Source of the DNA: an uncultured virus (IMG/VR IMGVR_UViG_3300031555_006012)
Lineage: Duplodnaviria > Heunggongvirae > Uroviricota > Caudoviricetes
Length of the DNA: 64,000 bases
Strand: one strand, 5' to 3'
IMG/VR virus record: IMGVR_UViG_3300031555_006012
The position numbers and the translations under genes are program-made. Position 1 is the first letter of the stretch. Each line of letters opens with the position of its first letter. Below are positions 1 through 8,562 of the stretch, piece after piece. The notes under the pieces are model-generated. The model was not told the DNA's origin. It did no database searches and saw only the letters and a list, made by a program, of their open reading frames with translations.

Positions 1-231
1 GCGAGGCGCAGTTTTCAGGCACTTGAGAGGCCGTGCCGGGGAGAAAGTGGAGATGGCGTGTTTGTATACGATTTGCTGGTGTCCATCGGTTTCCAGGATG
101 GCGACCGCGTCATCGTGCTTGAGGACGGTCCCTTTGAGCTGGAACCCGTTCATGAGATAAGCGACGACCGGGATCCTCCCTTCGACGAGTTCGTCCAGCG
201 TTTCGTTTTCCGTGGCTGTGCTAATGTGCAT
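1..231 (-). CDS. hfq: Hfq-family (Sm-like) RNA chaperone, divergent; 3' end runs off the window
   Basis: Manual translation from ATG 231: MHISTATENETLDELVEGRIPVVAYLMNGFQLKGTVLKHDDAVAILETDGHQQIVYKHAISTFSP. Contains YLxNGFQLKG and YKHAIST motifs; AAGGA RBS; not in ORF track because no stop lies in the window. Confidence 0.92.
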   Translation of the reverse strand, partial: MHISTATENETLDELVEGRIPVVAYLMNGFQLKGTVLKHDDAVAILETDGHQQIVYKHAISTFSPARPLKCLKTAPR

Positions 232-285
232 GATAATTCCTTCTTTCTGTATTAGGATGGGCTACCAATACGCCCGGGGCATTGA

Positions 286-678
286 CTAGCTAACGGGCTG
301 ATTCTTATCAACCGGGAACAGGAAGTCGGTGGGAAGGATCTGGATGGTGTAAGGGTATTCACACCCCACCTCGTCCGGGAAGTGGTTGTATTTGTCCGGG
401 ACGATGATCCGCAGAACCGTGCGCCCGGTTTCCTCGAACTCATTCAGCCGGACATCGCATTCCTCGTAGATGCCCTTTACCAGGTCGCCATCCTTAAACC
501 GCTCACCGTCCTGAACTTTCAGACCGAAAGTGTTAATGATCCGGCAGAGTTCCTTGTGGGGGTACGGGAGGACCATCTGGAAATCCATGTGGCCGTATTT
601 TTCCATGCCGTGGGTATGGAAGTTCACGAACTGGCCGTCGCAAACACCGTGAATGATCCAGTCAACCTTCTTTGGCAT
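286..678 (-). CDS. Hypothetical protein, DUF4262-like
   Basis: HTHGMEKYGHMDFQ motif; overlaps the upstream gene in an operon. Confidence 0.6.
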   Translation of the reverse strand: MPKKVDWIIHGVCDGQFVNFHTHGMEKYGHMDFQMVLPYPHKELCRIINTFGLKVQDGERFKDGDLVKGIYEECDVRLNEFEETGRTVLRIIVPDKYNHFPDEVGCEYPYTIQILPTDFLFPVDKNQPVS

Positions 679-1399
679 TCATGGCCTCCTGGATCGTATT
701 CTCAACCCGGTCCAGCAATTCGCTGATGTCGGCGGCATTTTTCTCCAGCTGCGGGAGGTAATCCTTGTCGATGTCATAGTCCAGATAAAGGCTGACCAGA
801 ATCGAATTCCAAAGCAGCATGCTGGAAAGGGGGCCAAGTTTTGGCTCAATTTCTTTTACTCGGGGCATCACCTTTGCCAACACCAAATTCCAAGCCAGGT
901 AGGCAGCATCCTCCGTGGGAATGTCAAAGCCGGACAGCCACTCGCGAACGGTGTGGGTTTCCGACTTGTCGCCGCAGTTGACATCATCCTGGAGCAGATA
1001 CTGGACTGTCGCGTCGCCCAGCTCACCCTGGTTGAATTTTTCTGTGTCAATCTTCATAAAGCGGCCCAGAGGGTACAGAGCGCACACGCTGGGTTTGGCT
1101 GCATGCACCTCGCACTTTCTGTTCTTCAGGAAAACGCACCGTTTGGCGTTGCCCTGGGGCTTAAGGCGGACAATCGGGATCCGGCTATGATTGCCAATGT
1201 AGGACTCACAGTAAGTTTGGAACATCTCCATCGGCTTCATTTTCAGGTACCTGGAAATGCGGTAAACATCCCGGGCGGTCAGCAGAATGTCCTCTCGGTC
1301 GACGCAGCACTTTCCGCACTGGGTGCAATGGAACTGGAATGTGTCATCCAGGCCCATGGCGATCTCGCCCATTCGCTCGACCATTTCTTCTTTTGTCAT
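662..1399 (-). CDS. YkgJ-family CxxCxxCC cysteine cluster protein
   Basis: FHCTQCGKCC...CVFL...CEVHAAKPSVCALYP. Confidence 0.85.
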   Translation of the reverse strand: MTKEEMVERMGEIAMGLDDTFQFHCTQCGKCCVDREDILLTARDVYRISRYLKMKPMEMFQTYCESYIGNHSRIPIVRLKPQGNAKRCVFLKNRKCEVHAAKPSVCALYPLGRFMKIDTEKFNQGELGDATVQYLLQDDVNCGDKSETHTVREWLSGFDIPTEDAAYLAWNLVLAKVMPRVKEIEPKLGPLSSMLLWNSILVSLYLDYDIDKDYLPQLEKNAADISELLDRVENTIQEAMNAKEG

Positions 1400-1908
1400 T
1401 CAGTATCTTCTCCTTCCATGAGTAGCAGCGCCGCAAGGGGGCTGTCGGCCTCCAGAGCCTTGCGCTCGGGACTTTCGGTCCATGCAGTGACCTCGGCCAG
1501 GTTATAGTCGTAACCGCGCTCCACAGTGGGGTTCTGGGGGTCGCGGTAGGGGTGGATGCCGAACGGAAGCTGGAACCCCTTGGGAAGCACCCAAAGGTGG
1601 TACAGGTCCATCACATCCACCAGGTTCTTTTTGCAGGGGAAAACTTCAATTGCAGTGGCTCGGTGGCCAAACAGTTCGTTCTTGATTTCCTGCTTGACTG
1701 CCCAGGGGATGTCGCCGCAGCCGATGCCCATGCGACCGATCGTGACATGCTCAATCACGCCCCACTCGGTGCGGATCAGGCGGCTGCTGACGTGGTATCC
1801 ATCGTCCGACTCCCAGTACCGATCCATCTCTTTTGCCCAGGTGCCTTGGTACAGACCGAACTGTTCATGCACTGCTTTCATGGGGAGGGATTTGTGCCAA
1901 GTCCTCAT
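1396..1908 (-). CDS. Phage-type hypothetical protein
   Basis: GGAGG RBS before ATG 1908; W..KQEIKNELFG...AIEVFP...LVD...YHLWV motif. Confidence 0.65.
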   Translation of the reverse strand: MRTWHKSLPMKAVHEQFGLYQGTWAKEMDRYWESDDGYHVSSRLIRTEWGVIEHVTIGRMGIGCGDIPWAVKQEIKNELFGHRATAIEVFPCKKNLVDVMDLYHLWVLPKGFQLPFGIHPYRDPQNPTVERGYDYNLAEVTAWTESPERKALEADSPLAALLLMEGEDTE

Positions 1909-1972
1909 ATTTGCACCTCCTTTCTCTGTGGCCCGGGGGCCAAATAAATATCCCCCTCGCGGGGTGTCCGTG

Positions 1973-2001
1973 ATGTTCGCTCTACTTCCACGAATTGTCA
2001 A
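1973..2001 (-). promoter_or_regulatory. AGAGC-type promoter core (TTGACA-N17-GAACAT)
   Basis: Same spacing and AGAGC-before-minus-10 signature as the repeated prophage element. Confidence 0.55.
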
Positions 2002-2041
2002 GTGGTATTTGAGCTATTTCGGACCCCGTGAGGGGGATATT

Positions 2042-2263
2042 TTATAATTGTGGCGAAGGGTCATCCGGGACCAGTTCCATGATGTCCTTCACCTGACAGT
2101 TCAGCGCCGTGCATACTCGACTCAGGATTTCGGTGGTCACATGACCACCTTTCCCCATTTTGGTAACAGACGCGGGACTGATACCAGCCAGGGCGCACAG
2201 GTCTTTCTTTTTCATGTCAAGGTCAATCAGCAGCTTCCATAGCTTTTTGTAACTTACCTTCAT
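2042..2263 (-). CDS. Cro/C1-type HTH protein
   Basis: VSYKKLWKLLID...DIME signature; GGAGG RBS. Confidence 0.85.
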   Translation of the reverse strand: MKVSYKKLWKLLIDLDMKKKDLCALAGISPASVTKMGKGGHVTTEILSRVCTALNCQVKDIMELVPDDPSPQL

Positions 2264-2298
2264 AGTTTGGCCTCCTTGTCGCCCTTTTGGTAGCTGAC

Positions 2299-2327
2299 AT
2301 TATTGCTCTACCTGGGGCGAAAGTCAA
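2299..2327 (-). promoter_or_regulatory. AGAGC-type promoter core (TTGACT-N17-AATAAT)
   Basis: Followed by GTCAGCTACCAAAAGGG, resembling the GTGTACTACCAAAAGG tail of the repeated element. Confidence 0.6.
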
Positions 2328-2342
2328 GCGGTATAGCCATGT

Positions 2343-2666
2343 TTATTTTTTGCTCCGGGAGCGGCGCTTGGGCTTTGGGGGTGGGATGCCCTTTGCGCGG
2401 CGTTCAGCCTGCCAACGCTCAAACGCCGCCTGGTTCTCAGGCACTTCATAGAAGGCAGTGATTTCGGGCAGCAAGGCCCTGGCGAGAGCTTCCATGGCGT
2501 ATTTGTCCGGGCGGACATTCTCTAGATTATAGGACTCGGTACTGGTGGTTTCGCCCCTTTCGTCGAAGTGGACGATTATCATGGGAACGCCCTGCGCGAT
2601 CAGATCCTCCTCCCGGGGGATGGGATTTTGCCGTTCAGAGCCGGAATCGTATCTGGACAAAATCAA
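2343..2666 (-). CDS. Hypothetical protein (start uncertain, alternative 2582)
   Basis: Operon-coupled ORF with basic C-terminus. Confidence 0.55.
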   Translation of the reverse strand: MILSRYDSGSERQNPIPREEDLIAQGVPMIIVHFDERGETTSTESYNLENVRPDKYAMEALARALLPEITAFYEVPENQAAFERWQAERRAKGIPPPKPKRRSRSKK

Positions 2667-3520
2667 TCATCCTCCTGGTCATCATTACAACCGTCGTACT
2701 CGGAGTCCATCATTTCATACTCATCAGCGGTCTTGCCTTTCTTATTAAAGAGCTTACCCCAACGCAGACGATTCTTCATTTTCCAGTTGTAGGCCAGGAG
2801 CATAGCCTCGGCGTAGCCCAGGGATCCGGCACGGCGATCTTTTGCTTGTCTGCCGATTTCCTTGGCAGAGTACCGACCAACCTTTTCTTTGAACAGGTCG
2901 TCCCGCATCTCATCGCCGAACGCTATAATAAGGCGGCACACACCGCGCAACATGTTGGAGGAGAGTGAGTTAGCCTCACCCTCCCAAGTGCCAACGCAGA
3001 GGCGAACCGTCCGGGTCAAAACATCAAAGCCGTGCTTCAGGTAGATTTCTTCCAGGGTGGAAATTGCGCAGATCGTCCTGGACCCCTTCGTGGGGCCAAT
3101 GACCAGGTCAAAGGATTCCACAAGGGATTTAATCATCAGCTGCATGTCGTTGCCCGCTTCGATGTTTGCTTTGAATATTTCATAGGGCAGCAGGGGCTTG
3201 ACATTCTTCTGCTGATTAGCAAAGGTGTCGGCTTCGACCTGGTAGTCCATGTCCTCAAAGACCATGCACCACACAGGAGTTTCCCGGGAGCCGGAAACGG
3301 CGGCTATGATTTCGATAGTATGCTGACCGTTAAAAACATAATTGATTCCGTCACGGCGGCTGACCTTGACCGGGTTAATCTGGTGAATGTCGAAATTCTC
3401 CACAGTGCGCCTGATATGCTTCTGAGAAAGGTTTCGCTGATAGTCCTGATTCGACAGCAGGTTCTTGATGGGGATTTTTTCAAATCGCACATCAGGAACA
3501 AACTTGCTCAGATCATCCAT
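2663..3520 (-). CDS. ParB/Srx-like N-terminal domain protein (DUF6551-like)
   Basis: DYQR...PVKVSRRDG..YVFNGQHT motif; GGAGG RBS before ATG 3520. Confidence 0.7.
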   Translation of the reverse strand: MDDLSKFVPDVRFEKIPIKNLLSNQDYQRNLSQKHIRRTVENFDIHQINPVKVSRRDGINYVFNGQHTIEIIAAVSGSRETPVWCMVFEDMDYQVEADTFANQQKNVKPLLPYEIFKANIEAGNDMQLMIKSLVESFDLVIGPTKGSRTICAISTLEEIYLKHGFDVLTRTVRLCVGTWEGEANSLSSNMLRGVCRLIIAFGDEMRDDLFKEKVGRYSAKEIGRQAKDRRAGSLGYAEAMLLAYNWKMKNRLRWGKLFNKKGKTADEYEMMDSEYDGCNDDQEDD

Positions 3521-4478
3521 AGTTTTCCTCCTTAAGTGCCGACAGCATGCCGTCGACCGTAAATAACAGGTGGTCCAGCTCATAAACGAGCCTCCACCGC
3601 GCTCTTTCACTGATTTTCTTGAAGTCGGTGTTCTTTTGGACGCGCTTTACGGAATCGGTCCAGGAAGGTACAGTGAGAGCCAAGCTGGCGACCTCTGCAT
3701 CAGGGTCGTACTGGGGGATCTCCTTAATGGAACCAGCAGGAGGTGCCACTTGGGCAGCACGGGGCTTATCGTCGTAGTGCAGCGCTTTGAATTTCAAATA
3801 TGTAGGTTCAGGTTCAACACCATTAAAAAAGTATTTACTCAGGCGGCTCAGCTCAGCGCGTTTCATGGCACCGATCTCCACCAGGTTTTCATGGGAAATG
3901 CGGAAATTGCCCTGGAGGATCATTTTAATGAAAGCTGGCTCGGCACCGTTGAGTTGATCGATCAGGCTGGCGTAGATGCTGTATTTCCGAACGGTGCCGA
4001 AGGAAATGTGGTACTCAGCACCGAGTCGTTCACATGTACGAGTGGCAGTGCTTTCATACTGGGCCGGAGCTAGATTAAGCTCCTCCGGGGCCTCACTATT
4101 TCGCGCTGCTTCTCGGTGAGCTGCTGCTTCTATGGCTCCCAGGACTTTTTCGGCAAGGCAGCGCTTGCCTATGAGGTATTTCCGCATTTCCTCGGTGAGA
4201 TCAGTCCTGGGCAGTTGGTCCTTGGCAATCCAGGCGATTGCTTCCTCGCGGTTCTTTACAGGAACGGCTTCCAGCTCCAGCTTAATGCGCCGACTGCGGC
4301 AGAACAGGTATGCTTCGTAGTCGACAAGGATTACATCCCCCCAGACACGAATGGGGATGGATTTCGATTGAGCCTGCATTTTCTTTTCCTGGGCCAGACG
4401 GCTATCCTCAGCCAACGGGGCCACCATCAGATTGAAGTCAGGGTTAATGCGTAGTCGTGGGGTGTTATGTGATGGCAT
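3513..4478 (-). CDS. Hypothetical protein with degenerate ParB-like N-terminus and HTH
   Basis: PIRVWGDVILVD...REEAIAWI..QL.R.DLT pattern; HTH-like ERLGAEYHISFGTVRKY. Confidence 0.6.
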   Translation of the reverse strand: MPSHNTPRLRINPDFNLMVAPLAEDSRLAQEKKMQAQSKSIPIRVWGDVILVDYEAYLFCRSRRIKLELEAVPVKNREEAIAWIAKDQLPRTDLTEEMRKYLIGKRCLAEKVLGAIEAAAHREAARNSEAPEELNLAPAQYESTATRTCERLGAEYHISFGTVRKYSIYASLIDQLNGAEPAFIKMILQGNFRISHENLVEIGAMKRAELSRLSKYFFNGVEPEPTYLKFKALHYDDKPRAAQVAPPAGSIKEIPQYDPDAEVASLALTVPSWTDSVKRVQKNTDFKKISERARWRLVYELDHLLFTVDGMLSALKEENYG

Positions 4479-4479
4479 G

Positions 4480-4857
4480 TCATCTCACCTTACCTATCCC
4501 AGTAAAAACTGCGTCATTCATGGGGAAACGGACAAGAAGCTCCCCGGGGATCAGCGTACCTTCAATGCGGTACTTACCCGCGGGTTGCCAGTCAGTGCAG
4601 ACCTGCCGTAGCTTACGGGTTAAGGCGGCACTGTATAGCTCGTAGCAGTTCTTGCCGAGGACGGACTGGGTCTTTACGCGATGCGCTCCCGGGTCGTTAA
4701 GTTTCGCGGGCATGATGCCAATGTACTTATTCTCCGGGTTTACGATCAGGAGAATGTACTCCGGCTGCTGCAAAGCGCTCAGAGTGGTACGGTGAATGCG
4801 GATGCGGTTCTTTGCCATGTCGATCAAGACCATGGGCTTTGTGGGGTTGTCGTTCAT
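4480..4857 (-). CDS. Recombinase-associated hypothetical protein
   Basis: Shares YILLIVNP..K.I.I pattern with the neighbouring ORF and the recombinase tail. Confidence 0.65.
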   Translation of the reverse strand: MNDNPTKPMVLIDMAKNRIRIHRTTLSALQQPEYILLIVNPENKYIGIMPAKLNDPGAHRVKTQSVLGKNCYELYSAALTRKLRQVCTDWQPAGKYRIEGTLIPGELLVRFPMNDAVFTGIGKVR

Positions 4858-4889
4858 AGTGGAGTCCCTCCAAATTTTGATGATATACC

Positions 4890-5555
4890 TTATTGCCCAG
4901 GCGCACTAACTTCCTTTGCGGGATCCTGGACACTGAATACGGTGTAGCCATCAAAGATGTTCACTTGGAGCTGCTTCCTATGCTCTTCCACGGGTAAGCC
5001 GAATTGGTTCTGCCATTCAGCCGGGAAAACGGGGGTGCGGGAGGTCTTTGGCTTTTCGCCCTCTTTGATGACACGCTGGTAGGTCTCTGTCGCCTTCAGG
5101 TCGAAGAGAATCAAATACTCTCCACCCCGGCGAATGATCTTACCGAGGAGCTTATATCGGTAGTTCGGGTTCCAGCCCATCATGGAGACAATTTTCGCGA
5201 AGAACAGTCGCCCGGTAATTTGGCGGGGCTTCCGCTTGCCATTCTTTGTAGTACACCAGGCAAAGGCGTCCTTGTCGTCCTCATGGCAGGGCCGGACAGC
5301 AAGGCTCAAGGTGTTGGGGTTGACCAGGAACTGCACAAATTCCACGGTGGGCATCTTTTTCAGGCAGGCAGTATTGAACTGGACCTTGCAGTTATTAAAG
5401 GAGACGGAAGGTTCGTAGATGTGAGAAAAGAACTCACCTCGAACGACCTGGTAGCCCTGGTAGCTGAAGTTCTCGTCCTCCAGTACCTCGGTGTCCGGGG
5501 CGGGCTGAAACTGCGGTACAGCAGGGTATCGGTAAAAAGGATCCTGATTGAACAT
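4890..5555 (-). CDS. Recombinase-associated hypothetical protein
   Basis: GYQVVRGEFF...FNTACLKK...VQFLVNP paralogous to the recombinase C-terminus. Confidence 0.7.
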   Translation of the reverse strand: MFNQDPFYRYPAVPQFQPAPDTEVLEDENFSYQGYQVVRGEFFSHIYEPSVSFNNCKVQFNTACLKKMPTVEFVQFLVNPNTLSLAVRPCHEDDKDAFAWCTTKNGKRKPRQITGRLFFAKIVSMMGWNPNYRYKLLGKIIRRGGEYLILFDLKATETYQRVIKEGEKPKTSRTPVFPAEWQNQFGLPVEEHRKQLQVNIFDGYTVFSVQDPAKEVSAPGQ

Positions 5556-5558
5556 GGG

Positions 5559-7424
5559 TTAACCCTCCTTGATGTCTTGACGAATATCTTCCATGAGCTG
5601 GCTGATGCTGCTCTTCAGAATGGATGGAGCCGTAACCTTCAGCTCGGATACCGAGTACGGCTCTGCCTGTTCGGAGAGCTGCCAGGTGCCGTCTGCTACG
5701 AAAGCAGCCAACTCGCGGGCCTGTGCATAATAATTGGAGCCAAAATTGTGCGCCCAGGTTGAGGGATAGGCAATGATGGAATTGCGACCGCTGGGTAGCA
5801 GATCATCCTCCATTTCGCCGTCCTCGGGGTCGACGCTATCTTCGGGCATGAACACCTCAGTCTCGTCCATATCAAACATGAGGACGGACTCTTTCCCTTG
5901 CTGGCGACGGATGCCACACACACGATATTTGAACTGGGGATCCCAGTCGAAGAGTTCATAGAAGGTATTAAGGAATGCGGTGCCGGAGAGCGCCTTGGGC
6001 TGGGTGGTACCATTGTTGTCCAGGCGAGTCCACTGCACGGCATTTCTCACGTCTTTGCTGCTGGCCCGGATCGCCAGTAGATGGTGCAGGGGGTGGACAA
6101 GCAGCTCCACATACTGGCAGTTGTCGCATTTTTTGAGACAAGCCTTGGCGAAGGTAACCTTTTCTGTAGAAAAACGGATCATCAGCCTGTTTTTAATGTC
6201 GAAGAACTGGCTGCGGGCAATCTCGAAGCCCCGGAGATCCAGCTCACCCATTTCTGGACCGCCCTCACCAGTTTGCCCCAGATCAGGTTCGTCGTCGTAG
6301 GCGCTCAAACAAGCCTCCAGATAGTTTTCTGCCGTAAAGCCGCTCCAACGGGGGTTGACTGAAACGAAGCCCTTCAGCGCACCTTCCTTGATGACCTGAA
6401 GCTCCGGGAGGATGCCCTTATTGCCGTACTTCGCATTATTAATAAGGTGCTGGACGGCAATGTAGTCATCCCGGGAGATGATTGCTTCGTGGCGATCCTT
6501 CCAACGATGCTGGGTGCGGTCGCCCTGGTTCTTCCGAGACTTGTGATCCAGGTAGCTGGGAGTGTAGGTCTTTCGGGTCAGCACATCGCCGCAATAGCGT
6601 TCGTTCCGAAGAATCTGGAGGATGGAGCCTGCGTTCCATGTACTGTTGCCACGCTTGGTCTCGCAGCCAAGCTCGGTGAGTGTGTCAGCGATCTCCTGAC
6701 AGGTGTACCCGAACAAGTACAAGAAGAATATGAGCCGGACAATTTTCGCCTCTTCTTCGTTGATCACGAGGTGCTTATCTTCGTCGTGGTCATAGCCTAG
6801 CAATACCGGGGTCAAAAGGATGCCGTGACTGAAGCGCATTTCAATGGAGGCGTTCATAATCGAACTCTTAACATGAGACTCTTCCTGGGCCATTGTGGCC
6901 GTGAAGTTCAGGCTCATTTCGGAGTTGTCCTTCAAAGTGAAGATATGTTCCGTCTCGAAGAACACACCAACCGGGGGGCGCTGTGCGTTGAGCATTCTCA
7001 CGATTGTCACGCAGTCCACGATGTTTCTTGCAAAACGAGAGACGCTCTTTGTGATGATCATGTCAATTTTTCCGGCCTTGCAGTCTGCGATCATCTTATT
7101 GAAAGCATCACGCTTGTTGAGCGATGTGCCGGAGATACCTTCATCGGCATAAATCTCAACAAGAGTCCAGTTCTCGTGCCGCCGGACCATGTCCTCGTAG
7201 TAGTTCTTTTGAAGTTCGTAGGAGCTGGTCTGCTGGATGTTATCGGTAGAAACACGCACATAGACGGCGACTCTTTTTGCTTCTTCATCGTAAAAGTCCT
7301 GTTGCTTCCGGGCCGGAATGACATCAGCGAGATCGGTTGAGAGGCCTCTGTAACGCTCTCTAATTTTCGCTTTTATCTGTTCTTTTGACAGGCCCTTGGT
7401 GTCAACTTTTTTCATGAGGCTCAC
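5559..7424 (-). CDS. Large serine recombinase with extra C-terminal domain
   Basis: VAVYVRVSTD catalytic motif, KSVSRFARN, recombinase domain ILRNERYCGD. Confidence 0.92.
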   Translation of the reverse strand: MSLMKKVDTKGLSKEQIKAKIRERYRGLSTDLADVIPARKQQDFYDEEAKRVAVYVRVSTDNIQQTSSYELQKNYYEDMVRRHENWTLVEIYADEGISGTSLNKRDAFNKMIADCKAGKIDMIITKSVSRFARNIVDCVTIVRMLNAQRPPVGVFFETEHIFTLKDNSEMSLNFTATMAQEESHVKSSIMNASIEMRFSHGILLTPVLLGYDHDEDKHLVINEEEAKIVRLIFFLYLFGYTCQEIADTLTELGCETKRGNSTWNAGSILQILRNERYCGDVLTRKTYTPSYLDHKSRKNQGDRTQHRWKDRHEAIISRDDYIAVQHLINNAKYGNKGILPELQVIKEGALKGFVSVNPRWSGFTAENYLEACLSAYDDEPDLGQTGEGGPEMGELDLRGFEIARSQFFDIKNRLMIRFSTEKVTFAKACLKKCDNCQYVELLVHPLHHLLAIRASSKDVRNAVQWTRLDNNGTTQPKALSGTAFLNTFYELFDWDPQFKYRVCGIRRQQGKESVLMFDMDETEVFMPEDSVDPEDGEMEDDLLPSGRNSIIAYPSTWAHNFGSNYYAQARELAAFVADGTWQLSEQAEPYSVSELKVTAPSILKSSISQLMEDIRQDIKEG

Positions 7425-7474
7425 CCCGTTTCTAGTTTCACTTAAAGTATAGAAAAAGTGGCCGAAAAAAGGAA

Positions 7475-7508
7475 ATAACCACAGGTATACAACTATACCT
7501 GTGGTTAT
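7475..7508. repeat. Perfect 15-bp inverted repeat upstream of the recombinase (operator or terminator)
   Basis: ATAACCACAGGTATA-CAAC-TATACCTGTGGTTAT. Confidence 0.8.
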
Positions 7509-7525
7509 GATTTTTGAAAAATTAT

Positions 7526-7876
7526 TTAGTTTTTAGAGGCTTTTGACTTTAGGATGGTGCCTTTCATTTCCTTCAACATGCGGATAAGGCTTTCTTTTTC
7601 AGCTGAAGAACATCCGTCTAGAATTCCTCTAATTTCATCCTCGTAGACGGCGTTAACTTCAGGAACCGATGTTCTGAGGAGCTTATCGGCAGAAATCTGG
7701 AGTGTCTCAGTAATTGCCATGAAAATGTCGATGCCGTACTTAGTTTTGCCGTTCTCAATGTCGCTCAAATGAGAAACAGAAATATCCAGCTTTTCAGCGA
7801 GAGTGATCTGGCTCATGCCAATCGCCCGCCTAGCTTTCTGGATGCGTTTGCCTACGGCCTTCAGATCATTTGCCAA
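7526..7876 (-). CDS. XRE-family HTH regulator
   Basis: GKRIQKARRAIGMSQITLAEKLDISVSHLSDIENG; TTG 7876 after GGAGGTG. Confidence 0.9.
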   Translation of the reverse strand: MANDLKAVGKRIQKARRAIGMSQITLAEKLDISVSHLSDIENGKTKYGIDIFMAITETLQISADKLLRTSVPEVNAVYEDEIRGILDGCSSAEKESLIRMLKEMKGTILKSKASKN

Positions 7877-7950
7877 CTTTACACCTCCCTGCAAACTTGA
7901 ACTACAGACCATTATATCGCCGATAGTAGAAATTTTAGAATAGCCGATAC

Positions 7951-7979
7951 TAGACAACTTCGCCGATAGTGTGTATAAT
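7951..7979 (+). promoter_or_regulatory. Sigma-A promoter TAGACA-N17-TATAAT with CGCCGATAGT box in the spacer
   Basis: Near-consensus hexamers with 17-bp spacing. Confidence 0.7.
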
Positions 7980-8004
7980 AGAGAAAAAATCAGCGCGATA
8001 GGAG

Positions 8005-8373
8005 TTGATTAGTACGCCAATTAACTATGAGAGAATCGGACGCAGGGTGCAGCAGCTGAGAAAAGCGAGAGGGCTGTCGCAGGCGGACCTTGCAGATATA
8101 ACAGAAATGTCCGTTGCATACATAAGTCATATTGAGACCGGGGTGAAGAGAGCGAGCTTAGAGTCAGTGGTTCGTATCGCCAATGCCCTGAATGTCACAG
8201 TGGACCAGATCCTGAACGGCAATCAGAAAGGAAACCCGAACGAGTATAAGAGTGAGCTGGGTGTCCTGATTGATGATTGTAATGGATACGAACGAGGGGT
8301 CATTCATGACATAGCGGAAGCCGTGAAAAAGAGCCTCCGCAGCCATGCAGATCTGTTCCCCCAGGAGGAGTAG
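8005..8373 (+). CDS. XRE-family HTH regulator
   Basis: IGRRVQQLRKARGLSQADLADITEMSVAYISHIETG. Confidence 0.9.
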   Translation: MISTPINYERIGRRVQQLRKARGLSQADLADITEMSVAYISHIETGVKRASLESVVRIANALNVTVDQILNGNQKGNPNEYKSELGVLIDDCNGYERGVIHDIAEAVKKSLRSHADLFPQEE

Positions 8374-8562
8374 ACTGACCTGAGTATAGTGTACCCAGAA
8401 CAGGCTGGAAGCACAATAAACCAGGGGTAAGAAAATCGCCCCCTGGTTATGCCGAAATGGCCCCTGGGAAAATCATAACTGTTATGATTTGGCCCAAACC
8501 ATTGACGGAACGGTAACTTTTGATAACAATATTAGCACGGAAAATAGCGGAGGTGTTTATAT

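Noticed and set aside
58..255. Plus-strand 65-aa ORF
   Set aside because: Antisense shadow of hfq
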